Below are positions 40,839 through 52,071 of a stretch of 64,000 nucleotides of DNA, one piece after another. The notes beneath the pieces are model-generated. The model saw nothing but the letters and a program-made list of their open reading frames with translations. It searched no databases and was not told the DNA's origin. The position numbers and the translations under genes were made by a program. Source of the stretch: Trueperaceae bacterium (GTDB lineage: Bacteria > Deinococcota > Deinococci > Deinococcales > Trueperaceae); the NCBI GenBank assembly GCA_965214405.1, contig OZ243956.1:1376001-1440000 (forward strand), in the 5' to 3' direction. Every line of letters starts with the position of its first letter. The first letter of the stretch is position 1.

Positions 40839-41933
40839 TTGAATGCGCAGGCATCGATGAGTGACGATACTTCAGCAGACCCAGCCGCCTCCGCGGAGGC
40901 GGCTGGGCTGCGCTATATAACCGACGACGAACCCGGCTACCGCCGCAAAAAGTGGGGCCAGGGGTTTACCTTTGAGACCCCCGACGGCGGGCGCTTAGGC
41001 AAAAAAGGCAAAGACAGGGAGGTGCGCGCGCGCATCGACGCTCTCGCCATTCCTCCCGCGTATACCGACGTGTGGATATGCGCGTCGCCCGACGGCCATA
41101 TCCAGGCGACCGGGCGCGACGACCGGGGGCGCAAACAGTACATCTACCACCCGAAGTGGCGCGAGGCGCGCGAGCGGGCCAAGTACGACCGGATGATTTC
41201 TTTCGGCGAGACCCTGCCCAAAATAAGAAAACGCGTGGAGCAGGACATGGCGCAGCCGGGCTTGTCCAGAGACAAGGTGCTGGCCGCGGTGGTCGAACTC
41301 TTAGAAACGACGCTCATTCGCGTCGGCAACGCCGAATACGCCGAGGAGAACGCCTCATACGGCCTCACCACCATTCGCAAAAAGCACGCGGAGGTGTCAG
41401 GGCAGACTGTCACCTTTGACTTTGTGGGCAAAAGCCACAAGGAGTGGCACGTCGAACTCAAGAATAAAAGGCTCGCCAAGATCATTAAAGAATGCCTGGA
41501 AACGCCCGGCTACGAGCTTTTCAAGTACATCGACGAGGCGGGCGAGCGGCACGACGTGGGCGCGGACGACGTCAACGACTACCTCAAGCGCATTACCGAA
41601 AAAGACTTTACCGCCAAGGACTTTCGCACCTGGGCGGGCACGGTCTTGACCGCGGTGGCGCTTCAGGAAATGGAAGGGGCGGGCTCCGAAACGCAGGCCA
41701 AAAAAAACGTCGTCTCGGCCATCAAGCGCGTGGCGAAACGCCTGGGCAACACGCCCGCCGTCTGCCGTCAGTCCTACGTTCACCCCGACGTGATTGACGC
41801 CTACATGGAAGGTTCGCTGGCGGAGGTGCTCAAAGGCGATATGGCTGGGGCGCTCGAGAACGCCTCGGGCCTAAACCCCGAAGAGGCGTCGGTGTGGGCG
41901 TTTTTGCAAGAGAGGCTCGAGAAGACCAGGTAA
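40839..41933 (+). CDS. DNA topoisomerase IB (poxvirus-like bacterial type)
   Basis: IPPAYTDVWI, GRKQYIYH, IRVGN, FVGKSH, AKDFRTW, LGNTPAVCRQSYVHP. Confidence 0.93.
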   Translation: MNAQASMSDDTSADPAASAEAAGLRYITDDEPGYRRKKWGQGFTFETPDGGRLGKKGKDREVRARIDALAIPPAYTDVWICASPDGHIQATGRDDRGRKQYIYHPKWREARERAKYDRMISFGETLPKIRKRVEQDMAQPGLSRDKVLAAVVELLETTLIRVGNAEYAEENASYGLTTIRKKHAEVSGQTVTFDFVGKSHKEWHVELKNKRLAKIIKECLETPGYELFKYIDEAGERHDVGADDVNDYLKRITEKDFTAKDFRTWAGTVLTAVALQEMEGAGSETQAKKNVVSAIKRVAKRLGNTPAVCRQSYVHPDVIDAYMEGSLAEVLKGDMAGALENASGLNPEEASVWAFLQERLEKTR

Positions 41934-41937
41934 GAGG

Positions 41938-43131
41938 TTAGGGGGGTGGGGAGATAGGAAGCGTCCCGGACTCGCTTAATCCTTCACGGCGTAAAATGTC
42001 GACAACGATGGCGTGGGTCCCGCCGGGTTCGCCCATGCGTTCGCGGCCTGCTCGAGCCGCCCTCTCATAGCGTCCCCGGTCGTGCCAGATTTCTTTGAGA
42101 GTCGCTGCCAAGGCGTCCGGTTCGCTCAAAGTCAAAGCATTGGAAAGAAGACGTTTCTGGTTCTTCAAAAAACCTCTTGTATAAAGAGGCGGCACCGGGA
42201 AGGTGACCACGGGCAGACCGAGCGCCGCCGCCTGTTCGTTGGCCGTACCCGCCGTGCCGAGAACCAAGTCGGCGGCGTGAAGCACGTCGGTAAAACGGTT
42301 TTTTAGCACGTAAACGCGTTGCGCCTCACGCATGTAAACGCCCACTAGTTCCGCGTTCTCGTTAGAAAACTCGAGCCCCCACCCCTCCACCCTTGGCAGC
42401 GCCCCCCGCGCCCAGGCAACCAAACCCGTCGCTTCGGGCCAGTCGGAGAGCGCCGCCAACATGCTCCTTAACGATTCTTCCGCGTAAGCGCGTGTACCCG
42501 GCAGGAGCGCCACAACGGGCGCGGCGAGGGGAATATCGAGTGGGTTTTTCGGCTCGAGCATGTCCAACATGGGATTGCCCAAAGCGCTCACGTCTTTTAG
42601 TCCAGTCTTTTTGAGATATAACGCCGTCGGTTTGTCCCGAACGTAGGTATGGGCGACGGTGCGGCGAATGAGCGTGCGCTCGAGCCCCGTAAACGTTTCC
42701 ATGAACCGCCGGTTGAGCTTGTGGTTGAGTTTGTGACCATCCCGGTGATAAACCGACACGAGCGGCTGAACGTAGTAGCGCGCGCGGGCGCACACCAAGG
42801 TCGAAAGTAGAAGCGCGTAAACGTCGCCGACGACGATGAGGAGGTCCGTCTCGAGACGCCGCAACGCCCCCACCTGCCGCGCGGTCATCCCGGCAAAGCC
42901 CGCGCGCGCGTCTCCCCAAAAGAGCGCGGGATGGTGAAATAAAAGCCCGCTGCTTGGCATCACTTGGCGAGGTCCGAGGATGGGCACGTCTAAAGACTCG
43001 TAAGCACGACCCGCGTCTACTGTTGGAAAGGCGGCAAAAGAGGCTTCTGGTACACGTTCACGCATTTCATACAACAAGAGCGCGCCGATAGCGTCCTCGC
43101 CGTAGCCGTTGGATAAAAAAGTCACGCGCAC
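41938..43131 (-). CDS. Lipid-A-disaccharide synthase-related glycosyltransferase
   Basis: FLSNGYGED, IVVGD, GNPMLD, LLPGTR, GTAGTANEQ. Confidence 0.8.
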   Translation of the reverse strand: MRVTFLSNGYGEDAIGALLLYEMRERVPEASFAAFPTVDAGRAYESLDVPILGPRQVMPSSGLLFHHPALFWGDARAGFAGMTARQVGALRRLETDLLIVVGDVYALLLSTLVCARARYYVQPLVSVYHRDGHKLNHKLNRRFMETFTGLERTLIRRTVAHTYVRDKPTALYLKKTGLKDVSALGNPMLDMLEPKNPLDIPLAAPVVALLPGTRAYAEESLRSMLAALSDWPEATGLVAWARGALPRVEGWGLEFSNENAELVGVYMREAQRVYVLKNRFTDVLHAADLVLGTAGTANEQAAALGLPVVTFPVPPLYTRGFLKNQKRLLSNALTLSEPDALAATLKEIWHDRGRYERAARAGRERMGEPGGTHAIVVDILRREGLSESGTLPISPPP

Positions 43132-43203
43132 GCCTCAGCATCATACGTTGCGTATACGAACTGAGCACCGCTCTGGTTCTGTCACTACCTTGTCGTCAAC
43201 TTT

Positions 43204-44994
43204 TTATTGGCTCGAGCTCGCGAAAAAATCCTTGACCGCCGCCGCCGCCGCCCGGCTCACGCCGGGGATGCTGGCGAGTTCGTCCACCTCGGCGCTTCTT
43301 AGTTGGTCGACGCTCGAGAAGTGCGCTAACAGCGCGTCGCGGCGCTTGGGGCCGATACCAGGCACGTCGTCCAGGACGCTTTTGGTCATCGCCTCGCCGC
43401 GCTTTTTGCGGTTGTAACCGACCGCGGTGCGGTGCGCCTCGTCGCGGATGTTGATAAGCATCCTTAACGCAGGGTGCGTTTCGGGCACTAAGATGTCGTC
43501 CGCGCCCTCGCGGATGATCGTCTCTTGTTTTTTGGCGAGCCCCAGCATCGGAATGTCGAGCCCCGCCTCTTTTAGGGCGCGGCGTGCGGCGCTCAGTTGG
43601 CCCTTGCCGCCGTCAATCAACAACAAGTCGGGCACGGGCATCTTATCGGCCAACTGGCCCGTAAAGCGGCGATACACAGCCTGGTGCATCGCATAGAAGT
43701 CGTCGGGCTTGTCGAGCCCGCGGATGCGAACGCGCTTGTATTCGGACTTGCGCGCGCGGCCCCCCTCGAACACGACGATGGACGCGACCGTGTGGGTGCC
43801 CATGAGGTTGGAGATGTCGAAACCCTCGATGCGGTAGGGGGCGTTTTCAAGCCCCGCCAGCGCCTGAAGCTCCTTGACACCGGGGGCCTCACCGCGGCGC
43901 TCGAGCAGCGCCAACTCAGCCTCTAAACCCGTGACGGCGTTGCGCTCGGCCATCGCCATCAGGTCCATCTTGTCGCCCCGCTGCGGCGTCCGCAGCTCGA
44001 CCTTGCGGCCCGCACGTTCCGCGAGGAAGGCGTGCCAAATTGTTTCATCCAGCGCCTCGGGCACCAGCACGAGCGGCGGGAGCTGCATCGCTTGGCCGTA
44101 GTAGTCGGCCATAAAGCGCTCCAGGATTTCCGCCGCACTCGCCTCTTCTGCGTTGGTCAAGAAACGTTTGTCGCGCCCCACCACGCGCCCGCGGCGCATC
44201 TGGAAGAGTTGCACCATCGCGTAGTTGCCCGCCTGCGCGACGCCCAAAAAGTCTAAATCGTCTTCGTGGTTTTGCACCACGTCCGAGTCGTAACCCGTGA
44301 GGCGCTGGAGCGCCTGGATACGGTCGCGGTAGGTCCGGGCGAGTTCGAAATCTTGGCGACCCGCGGCGGCGCGCATCTGGTTCTCCAACGAGGCCACCGT
44401 GTCCTCCACCCGGCCCTCTAAAAAGGCCTTGACCTGCGCCACCACTTCCGCGTACTCCTCCACCGACACCTCGCCGATGCAGGGCGCGAGGCAGCGGCCC
44501 ATGTGAAAGCGCAAGCAGGGCTTTTTGCGCGGCTGCATCGGCACGCCCGAGTTCTGCCGCAGCGGGAACACCGAGGCGATGAGGTCTTGCACCTTGCGCA
44601 CCGAGCCCGCGTTCGGGTACGGCCCAAAATAGCTCGCGCCGTCCTTGAGCACGCGCCGCGTAAAGAGGAGCATCGGGTAGGGCTCTTTGGTGAGTTTCAA
44701 AAAGGGATAACTCTTGTCGTCTTTTAAGAGCACGTTGTAGTGCGGCTTGTAGCGCTTGATGAGGTTGGACTCCAAGATAAGCGCCTCGACCTCGCTCTTG
44801 GTGACGATGAACTCGAGCCGCACCGCCTCTTTGCGCAAGAGCTTCGCCTTTTTGTCCGCCGCCGCGCCGAAGTACGAACGAACGCGTGAGCGCAGGTTGA
44901 TGGCCTTGCCCACGTAAATTACCGTGTTCTGGTCGTTGTAGTAGAGGTAACAGCCGGGTCCCGTAGGCAGCACCGGCAGGTCTTGACGGGTCAT
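43204..44994 (-). CDS. uvrC: Excinuclease ABC subunit C
   Basis: GIY-YIG (PGCYLY...IYVGKA), [16 protein letters not shown], HhH. Confidence 0.97.
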   Translation of the reverse strand: MTRQDLPVLPTGPGCYLYYNDQNTVIYVGKAINLRSRVRSYFGAAADKKAKLLRKEAVRLEFIVTKSEVEALILESNLIKRYKPHYNVLLKDDKSYPFLKLTKEPYPMLLFTRRVLKDGASYFGPYPNAGSVRKVQDLIASVFPLRQNSGVPMQPRKKPCLRFHMGRCLAPCIGEVSVEEYAEVVAQVKAFLEGRVEDTVASLENQMRAAAGRQDFELARTYRDRIQALQRLTGYDSDVVQNHEDDLDFLGVAQAGNYAMVQLFQMRRGRVVGRDKRFLTNAEEASAAEILERFMADYYGQAMQLPPLVLVPEALDETIWHAFLAERAGRKVELRTPQRGDKMDLMAMAERNAVTGLEAELALLERRGEAPGVKELQALAGLENAPYRIEGFDISNLMGTHTVASIVVFEGGRARKSEYKRVRIRGLDKPDDFYAMHQAVYRRFTGQLADKMPVPDLLLIDGGKGQLSAARRALKEAGLDIPMLGLAKKQETIIREGADDILVPETHPALRMLINIRDEAHRTAVGYNRKKRGEAMTKSVLDDVPGIGPKRRDALLAHFSSVDQLRSAEVDELASIPGVSRAAAAAVKDFFASSSQ

Positions 44995-45170
44995 TGAGGC
45001 TATTTTACCGCCTTTGTGGGATCGTTTTCACACTTCATCTAACCTGTACCCGACGCGCTTTAGGAGGAAATGAGACCCGTCCGGGAGGCGGCGCACTCGA
45101 GGGTGGGGCTTAAGTGGGCTCTTTTACAGAGGCGGATGAGCTATAGTGTCTCAAAATATTGGAGGCGTAT

Positions 45171-46421
45171 GTGAACGCGAGAAACAAAGTTTTAGGCATG
45201 GTGCTAGCGGGCGGTAAGGGCACCCGGCTGAGCCCGCTCACCCTGAAGCGCACCAAACCCGCAGTCCCCTTTGGGGCCAAGTACCGCATCATCGACTTTG
45301 CGCTAAACAACATGATCAACTCGCAGATTTACGGGATGTACGTGCTCACGCAGTTCAAGGCGCAATCTTTAACCGAGCACATCCAAAGAAACTGGCGCTT
45401 TGGCTCCTTTTTGTCGGACTATTTCATCACCCTGGCCCCCGCGCAGATGTACCTGTACGAAGAACTCGGGGCCGAGTGGTACCGGGGCACCGCCGACGCC
45501 ATTTACCAGAACATCCACTTGATCGACAATCATAACGTCGACTTGGTGGCGATTTTTAGCGGCGACCACATCTACAAAATGGACATCCGCCACATGATTC
45601 GCCGTCACCTGGAGGCCGGGGCCGACGTAACGGTCGCCGCCTACCCGACGCTTGTGGAGGAGGCGACGCGGTTTGGGGTGTTGCAGGTGGACCAAAACTT
45701 CCACATCACCGAGTTTCAGGAAAAGCCGCAAGCGCCCAAGCCCATTCCGGGCCGCGACACGCACGCGCTGGCTTCGATGGGCAACTACCTTTTCACCCGC
45801 GAGGCGCTTTTTACGCTTCTAGAGCGCGACGCCACCCGCGAGGATTCCGAGCACGACTTTGGCAAAAACGTCCTGCCGATGGCTTTAGACGACGGCTACC
45901 GCATCCAGGCGTACGACTTTGCCGACAACCCCATCCCCGGCCAGAGCGAGCCCAACACCTACTGGCGCGATGTGGGCACCATCGACTCGTACTGGGAAGC
46001 GAGCATGGATTTGGTCGCGGTCAAGCCCGAGTTCGACCTCTACAACGACGACTGGCCGCTGCGCACCTCGTCCGAATTTTCGCCCCCCACCAAGTTCGTC
46101 CACGAGGGCGGTGACCGCACCGGGCACGCGCTCAACAGCCTTATCGCCGGGGGTGCCATCGTCTCGGGCGCGGTGGTGCGCGACTCCATCCTCTTCCGCC
46201 GCACGCGCATCAACTCATACAGCACCGTCGAGCGCTCCGTTGTCTTTGATGACTCCACCGTGGGCCGCCACTGCACGGTTCGCAACGCCATCATCGACAA
46301 GAATGTCCAGGTTCCGCCCGGCACGCAGATTGGCGTGAACATTGATGACGACCGCGCGCGCGGGTTTGACGTGACTGACAAGGGTGTGGTGGTGGTGCCG
46401 AAGTCGTACAAATTCTCATGA
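45171..46421 (+). CDS. glgC: Glucose-1-phosphate adenylyltransferase
   Basis: [33 protein letters not shown]. Confidence 0.96.
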   Translation: MNARNKVLGMVLAGGKGTRLSPLTLKRTKPAVPFGAKYRIIDFALNNMINSQIYGMYVLTQFKAQSLTEHIQRNWRFGSFLSDYFITLAPAQMYLYEELGAEWYRGTADAIYQNIHLIDNHNVDLVAIFSGDHIYKMDIRHMIRRHLEAGADVTVAAYPTLVEEATRFGVLQVDQNFHITEFQEKPQAPKPIPGRDTHALASMGNYLFTREALFTLLERDATREDSEHDFGKNVLPMALDDGYRIQAYDFADNPIPGQSEPNTYWRDVGTIDSYWEASMDLVAVKPEFDLYNDDWPLRTSSEFSPPTKFVHEGGDRTGHALNSLIAGGAIVSGAVVRDSILFRRTRINSYSTVERSVVFDDSTVGRHCTVRNAIIDKNVQVPPGTQIGVNIDDDRARGFDVTDKGVVVVPKSYKFS

Positions 46422-46510
46422 GATAGTAACTATAGCGAGTCTCGTGCTGGATGCGGTTGGAACTAATACCATTTTGCCTTGTTTTGCCTTAAGGATCGGG
46501 TGTGTCCAGG

Positions 46511-47488
46511 TCAGGCACCGTTCCACCTGTCGGACAAAAACTTGATGCGCTTGAGCTGATGAACCTCGTTGCCCGCGTCGTGACCGCTAAAGCGGTAGGC
46601 GTGCATCTCTTTGGGAGCCGATACGTGATTAAAGGCGGCGAACACGCCCGAGGGGGGGCAGATCGTGTCCATCAGCCCGGTGGAGTAGTAGGCGTAGGCG
46701 GGCGCGCGCTTGGCAAAGCAAATACCGTCGAAGTACGACAGGGTGTGCATCACCGTTTCTTCGCGGGCGCGGTGGGTTTTGAGGTACGACACGATTTCGG
46801 CGTAGGGTGTATCGCCGGTAAGACCGATGACGCGTCTAAAGTCACAAAACGCGGGCACGTCGGGGATGCAGACGGAGACGAGGTCGGGCTCGAGCCCCGC
46901 CGCGGCGATAGCCAGGCCGCCCCCCTGACTGCCGCCCACCGCGGCGACGCGCGACGCGTCCACCTTCGGGTGGCTGCACAAGGCCTCGACGGCGCGCGCG
47001 GCGTCGGTGTAGAGGCGGCGGTAGTAGTAGCTCTCGGGGTCCTGGATGCCCTGGGTAAAAAAACCGAACGCGTGCGGGTCGGCGCGGCCCGGATAGTCGG
47101 GCGTGTCACCCGGCGAGGAGCCCACGCCCTGACCGCGGTTGTCCATGAGCAAATAGGCGAACCCGGCGGTGACCCACTTCATCCACGAGTAGGGATAGCC
47201 GCGCCCGCCCGTGTAGCCGATAAATTCGACCACGCCGGGCAGCGGTCCCTCCACGCCGACGGGCAACATGAACCAGCCCTTGATGGGCTGACCCCCGAAG
47301 CCGTTGAAAGTAGCGTCATACACCTCGACAATGCGCGTGCCGACGTCAACGTGTTCGGTTCTAAAATCCACCGGATACTGACGCGCCTCCGAGAGCGTCG
47401 CCCCCCAAAAGGCGTCAAAATCGGGCTGCTCAGGACTTTCGGGTTTATACGTTCGGAGTTTCTCGAGCGGAAAATCAAAAAACGGCAC
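46511..47488 (-). CDS. Acetyl xylan esterase / cephalosporin-C deacetylase (CE7)
   Basis: RGQ, GGSQGG, DTICPP, SGHD. Confidence 0.9.
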   Translation of the reverse strand: MPFFDFPLEKLRTYKPESPEQPDFDAFWGATLSEARQYPVDFRTEHVDVGTRIVEVYDATFNGFGGQPIKGWFMLPVGVEGPLPGVVEFIGYTGGRGYPYSWMKWVTAGFAYLLMDNRGQGVGSSPGDTPDYPGRADPHAFGFFTQGIQDPESYYYRRLYTDAARAVEALCSHPKVDASRVAAVGGSQGGGLAIAAAGLEPDLVSVCIPDVPAFCDFRRVIGLTGDTPYAEIVSYLKTHRAREETVMHTLSYFDGICFAKRAPAYAYYSTGLMDTICPPSGVFAAFNHVSAPKEMHAYRFSGHDAGNEVHQLKRIKFLSDRWNGA

Positions 47489-47509
47489 CTGGCCTCCTAG
47501 CCTTTCACA

Positions 47510-48394
47510 CTAGCCTTTTACGCTGCCCGCGGCGAGCCCCGACACCAGGTAGCGCTGCAGCACGGAGAAAACGATGAGGATGGGGATGATGTTGATTAGC
47601 GACGCCCCCGCAATGAGCCTAAAGTCCGACTCGTCGGGGCCAATCAGGTTAAAAGTTCCCACCGTCAGGGGCTGCAAGTCCGGGTTCTTGAGGAGCACCG
47701 ACGCGACCTGAAACTCGTTCCAGGCCCCGATAAACCCGAAGATGGCGAGCACCGCCAGCCCCGGCACGAGCGACGGCGTGAGGATTTGCCAGAGCGTCCT
47801 GAATTTCGACGCGCCATCGATCCAGGCGGATTCGTCGAGTTCGATGGGCAGGGTGTCGATAAAGCCTTTTAAGAACCAGATGGCGAAGGGGATGGCGCTC
47901 GCGCCGTAGATGAGGATGAGACCCAGCCGTGAGTCGTAAAGCCCCAGCGCCCGGATCATCACAAAGAGCGGCACCAGCCGCACCAGACCGGGCAGGAGTT
48001 GCACCGCCAGAATCAGCACGAGCAGGCTTTGCCGCCCGCGAAAACGATGCCGGGACACGCCGTAAGCGGCGACGAGTGCAAAAAAAAGCGTGATGACGGT
48101 GCTACCAACAGCGTAGAGCACGCTGTTAAACATGTAGAGCGGGATGGGCGTGTTTTGAAAAATCTCCTGGTAGACGTCCCACTGAAACGCGCTCGGGATG
48201 AGCTTTAGGGGCGCGCGGTAGATTTCCCAGTTGGGTTTGACCGACACGCTTGCGAGCCACACGAGCGGGTAGACGAACACGAGCGACGCGGCGATGGCCA
48301 GCGCATAAGAAAAGCTTCGCCCCCCGAGCTTGCGCAGATTGGGCGAACGTCGGCGTGAAGGCGTTTTGCGGGAGGAGCTTGGGCGGGTCGTCAC
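47510..48394 (-). CDS. Carbohydrate ABC transporter permease (MalG-like)
   Basis: ELDESAWIDGAS EAA loop; TM helices. Confidence 0.92.
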   Translation of the reverse strand: MTTRPSSSRKTPSRRRSPNLRKLGGRSFSYALAIAASLVFVYPLVWLASVSVKPNWEIYRAPLKLIPSAFQWDVYQEIFQNTPIPLYMFNSVLYAVGSTVITLFFALVAAYGVSRHRFRGRQSLLVLILAVQLLPGLVRLVPLFVMIRALGLYDSRLGLILIYGASAIPFAIWFLKGFIDTLPIELDESAWIDGASKFRTLWQILTPSLVPGLAVLAIFGFIGAWNEFQVASVLLKNPDLQPLTVGTFNLIGPDESDFRLIAGASLINIIPILIVFSVLQRYLVSGLAAGSVKG

Positions 48395-49338
48395 TGCTTT
48401 TCCCGTTCGTTAAACAAGAATAGGCGCATGTAGATGACGGCGAACACCATAATGACCGCGAACATGAGCACGCCCAGGGCCGCGCTCCGGCCCAACAGTC
48501 CGGGGCTGCCCGCGGTAAAAGCCAATTGATACATGCGAAAACCCAACGTGGCGGTGGCCCGACCCGGCCCGCCGTCGGTAAGCACCAGAATCGTCTCCAT
48601 CACCTGAAAGGTGCCGATGGTGATATAGATGAGGTTGAGCCCGGCGATGGTCCGCAGCAGGGGCAGTTTGATGCGGACGAGCTTTTGCAGCGCGTTGGCC
48701 CCGTCCACGGTCGCCGCCTCGAGCACATCTTTAGGCAGCGTCTGCAACCCCCCCAGCATAAACACCATCGTAAACGCGACGCTGCGCCAGACGTTGACCA
48801 TGATGACCGACACGCGCGCCATGCCGGGGTCGCTAAACCAGGCCACGGTGGGCAGACTCAAAGAAGCGAGCAGCGCGTTCACGGTGCCTACCGCGCTCTC
48901 GTGGAGCAGCAAGCGCCACATGAGGCCGACGATAATGCTCGAGATGACCCAGGGCGAAAGAATCGCCAGCCGGAAAAGGAGGCGACCCGGCAACTTTTGG
49001 TCGAGCAGCAACGCCAACCCCAAGCCGAGGACGAACTGCGCGGGCACCGAAATGAGCACGAACAGAAGCGTAAAGCTGATGACGTCTCGAGTCACCGGGT
49101 CGCGCGCTAAGTCGACAAAGTTCTTGAAGCCGACGAAGTTCGCTTGATTGATCGTCGCAATACGCATGTCCGTCATGGCGATATAAAACTGCGAAAAAAT
49201 AGGATAGAGCCCCACCGCCGCGTAGAGGAGCAGCCCCGGCAGGATAAAAGGCCAGGGGCCGCCCACGAAGCGCTCGAGCCGACCTTTTTCGTATTTAGCC
49301 CCCGGCGGGGCTGGATTCCTAGAACGCGTCTGCTGCAT
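48391..49338 (-). CDS. Carbohydrate ABC transporter permease (MalF-like)
   Basis: FVGFKNF, LEAATVDGAN, LTDGGPG. Confidence 0.92.
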   Translation of the reverse strand: MQQTRSRNPAPPGAKYEKGRLERFVGGPWPFILPGLLLYAAVGLYPIFSQFYIAMTDMRIATINQANFVGFKNFVDLARDPVTRDVISFTLLFVLISVPAQFVLGLGLALLLDQKLPGRLLFRLAILSPWVISSIIVGLMWRLLLHESAVGTVNALLASLSLPTVAWFSDPGMARVSVIMVNVWRSVAFTMVFMLGGLQTLPKDVLEAATVDGANALQKLVRIKLPLLRTIAGLNLIYITIGTFQVMETILVLTDGGPGRATATLGFRMYQLAFTAGSPGLLGRSAALGVLMFAVIMVFAVIYMRLFLFNEREKQ

Positions 49339-49353
49339 GGACCTCACTCTCGA

Positions 49354-49388
49354 ATGCCGGGGCGGCGGCAAAACCACCGCCCCGGCAT
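49354..49388. other. Intercistronic hairpin after the binding-protein gene
   Basis: ATGCCGGGGCGG...CCGCCCCGGCAT. Confidence 0.7.
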
Positions 49389-49416
49389 CAACTCTTAGTC
49401 AACACCCAATCAACCC

Positions 49417-50727
49417 TTAGTTAAGCGCCTCGTACTCGCGGTCGACCTCTTGCTTGGCCGCGTCCAGCGCCTCGTCGACCGTGGCCTGACCGCTGGCGAC
49501 CGCGGTGACGGCGGTTTGGATGGCGGCGGCCATCGCCGTGAGAATCGGCACCATCGGCATGACCTGACCGCTCTCGAGGGCTTCTAAAGTGGCAAGCGCA
49601 AAGGGGTCCTCGGCGTAGTAGGGGTCTTCTTGCAAGACCGCGGGCCGCGTCGGTATCCAGCCGCCCGCCTTGCAGGTGTCGCGCAGCGCCCGAAAACCCG
49701 TGGCGTGGAGCGTCCAGGCCGCGGCGGCCGCCTCGCGCGCGGGGTTGCCGGTCGCCACGGGGGCGATGAGCCAGCCCCCGGCTTGATACCTGCCGAAGCC
49801 TGCCTCGTCGGGATAGGGCAGGGGGACCGCCGCCCACTTTTCGTACTCCTCAGGGGGCAAATTGGGCTGAAGCTGGCGGAGGTGAAAGTTCGAGTTGCCC
49901 GCGAAACTGTAAACGTTGCCCGCGTAGACGTCGGGCATCTGCTGAATCTGGTCGTTGGCGACCGCCGACGGGGGGATAAGGCCGCGCTCTAGCAGATCGA
50001 TGTAAAACGCGAACATAGTAGCCCAGATGTCGCGGTTGGCCCCGTCGAAAAGGACGGGCGCGCCCTCCTCGTCCACCCAGGTGCCGCCCAGCGCCTCGTA
50101 CATGCCCGAGTTCATCTGAATCCAGCCGACAAAGGGATAGGTGATGGCAAAGGCGTTCGGCTCTTCGGCCTTGATAGTTTCGGCCATTGTGACCACGTCC
50201 GACCAGGTCGCGGGCGGGGTGGCGATTTTTTCGGTGTTGTAGTACAGGAGCGGCGTGTCGGTGTTGTGCCAGAGCGCCGCCAGCGTGCCGTTCACGCTCC
50301 TCAGGGCTTCGATGGTCCAGGGGAAAAACTCGTCGGCCTCGCCGGTCAGGAAGGGCTCTAAGTCGACGAGCTGACCCGCCAGCAAATGATTCGGGTAGGT
50401 GCCGTAGTTGATCCAGGCGGCGTCGACGGTGCCCGCGTCCATCTCCTGCGTGATGGTGATGGGGTTACCGTCGCCAACGACTTCTTCGACCTGGATACCC
50501 TGGTCGGCGTAGGCGTCGTTAAAGGATTCGATCACGCGGGTAAACGCGATTTGCCGCTCCGGCCGCCGGTCGGTGGTCGAGGCCCACAGCGGCGTGAGGT
50601 AGCGAATCGTGATGGCCTCGCCCTCCGATTGGGCGAGCGCGAGCGCGACGAGGTTGTCGGCCAAGAGCACGCCGCCCCCCATGGCGGCGGCGCGTTTGAG
50701 CAGTTCACGGCGGGTCAATTTTTTCAC
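49417..50727 (-). CDS. Tat-exported sugar ABC substrate-binding protein
   Basis: TRRELLK Tat motif; LLYYNTEK, PPATWSD; GTG 50727 after AAGGAG. Confidence 0.88.
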   Translation of the reverse strand: MKKLTRRELLKRAAAMGGGVLLADNLVALALAQSEGEAITIRYLTPLWASTTDRRPERQIAFTRVIESFNDAYADQGIQVEEVVGDGNPITITQEMDAGTVDAAWINYGTYPNHLLAGQLVDLEPFLTGEADEFFPWTIEALRSVNGTLAALWHNTDTPLLYYNTEKIATPPATWSDVVTMAETIKAEEPNAFAITYPFVGWIQMNSGMYEALGGTWVDEEGAPVLFDGANRDIWATMFAFYIDLLERGLIPPSAVANDQIQQMPDVYAGNVYSFAGNSNFHLRQLQPNLPPEEYEKWAAVPLPYPDEAGFGRYQAGGWLIAPVATGNPAREAAAAAWTLHATGFRALRDTCKAGGWIPTRPAVLQEDPYYAEDPFALATLEALESGQVMPMVPILTAMAAAIQTAVTAVASGQATVDEALDAAKQEVDREYEALN

Positions 50728-50812
50728 GTTTTTCTCCTTTGACTGGTTTGATGAAGGGCCTGATGAAGGGTCTGTAAGGGGTTGGAACGCACGTTTGTCA
50801 GCGGATGACGGG

Positions 50813-51946
50813 TTAGGTCTCGGCCTCCTTTCGGTAAAGAATCGTGACGGGCAGGCGCTCGAGCCGGGGCGGACCCTCGTAACTCCCGTCAAGCCTCTCC
50901 AGAAGCATCTCCGCCGCCCGTTGCCCGAGCGCTTCGCCCAACTGCAAGGCGGTGGCGACGTGGAAAGGGCCATAGTCCACGGGGTGCTTGTGCCCGAAAC
51001 CGGCGACCTCCACGCCGCGCCCGTTGCGCCCGAATCCCCGCCCGGTTGGGCGCGCCCGCTCGGCGTCGAGGAGCATGAGGTCGTGCTGCAACCTCTCGCT
51101 GACGTCGTGGTTCACGGCGACGAGCGCGTCCACCCCCGTCTCGGCAAGTTTCGCCGCCAAGACCTCGGTAAGGTGCGCGTGGCTGCGGCCGCCCTCGAAG
51201 GGGGCGTAGTCGGCGTACTCGAGCCACACCTGAGCGTCATCACGGGAATCGGCGCCCAGCCCCGCGTCGCGGAGTGCCCGAAAAAAACCCGCCAGACGGT
51301 CTTTTGAAGCGGACACCTCCGGTTCACGGTGGTCTACAAAGGCCAGGCGCGTGTGCCCCCGCCGGAGCAGGTGGCGCGTGAGTTTATAGGCGGCGACCTC
51401 GTCGTCAAACACCACCGCGTCGGCCTCGACCCCGTCCAAATAACGGTCGACCATGACCAGCGGGTGCTGGCGCTCGAGCAAATCTTGATAAAGACTCGCG
51501 CTCTCCTGGCCTTTGGGGTACACGATGAACCCGGCCACGCGCGAGGAGAGCTCGTCTACGCTGCTACTCACGCCCCGGTAGTGCGCCAAAACGTTGAGGT
51601 TGGCGCGGCGCTCGGCGGCCACCCTGGCGATGCCCACCTGAACGCTGTAGTGGTAAGGATGCACCAGGCCGCCCGGCAAAAAGGCCAATGTAGGAGGCGG
51701 CGCGGTTTCTTCGGGCTCGCGCACAAAGGTGCCGCGCCCGTGCTGGCGCTCGATGACGCCGTCGCGCTCGAGCAGATCGAGCGCCTTGACGACGGTGATG
51801 CGGCTCACCCCGTAAAGCTCGGTGAGCCTGCGCTCGGGGGGCAGCGCGTCGCCGGGCGCGTACTCGTCTCCGCGAATGCGCCCCAAAAGCGAGCGGTACA
51901 CCTGGTAGTACAGGGGTAGCGGGCTGCTTGCGTCAACCGTCTGCAT
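50813..51946 (-). CDS. GntR-HTH / LacI-sensor hybrid regulator (AraR-like)
   Basis: PLYYQVY...LPPER...GVSRITV...GRGTFV, then PLVMVDR, GHTRLAF. Confidence 0.9.
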   Translation of the reverse strand: MQTVDASSPLPLYYQVYRSLLGRIRGDEYAPGDALPPERRLTELYGVSRITVVKALDLLERDGVIERQHGRGTFVREPEETAPPPTLAFLPGGLVHPYHYSVQVGIARVAAERRANLNVLAHYRGVSSSVDELSSRVAGFIVYPKGQESASLYQDLLERQHPLVMVDRYLDGVEADAVVFDDEVAAYKLTRHLLRRGHTRLAFVDHREPEVSASKDRLAGFFRALRDAGLGADSRDDAQVWLEYADYAPFEGGRSHAHLTEVLAAKLAETGVDALVAVNHDVSERLQHDLMLLDAERARPTGRGFGRNGRGVEVAGFGHKHPVDYGPFHVATALQLGEALGQRAAEMLLERLDGSYEGPPRLERLPVTILYRKEAET

Positions 51947-52014
51947 CTCCTACCTTTCTGCGGACCCGGCGGGCCGAAAGCTTGCCAGCGCTCTCGGCAC
52001 TGGGATTGAACATG

Positions 52015-52055
52015 TGGACATGACCAATATAAACTCCCGTTCTTCTATCTGTCAA
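52015..52055 (-). promoter_or_regulatory. Sigma70 promoter with overlapping operator
   Basis: Minus strand TTGACA-N18-TATATT overlapping ATTGGTCATGTCCA. Confidence 0.7.
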
Positions 52056-52071
52056 GGCGGCGCGTAATGGG

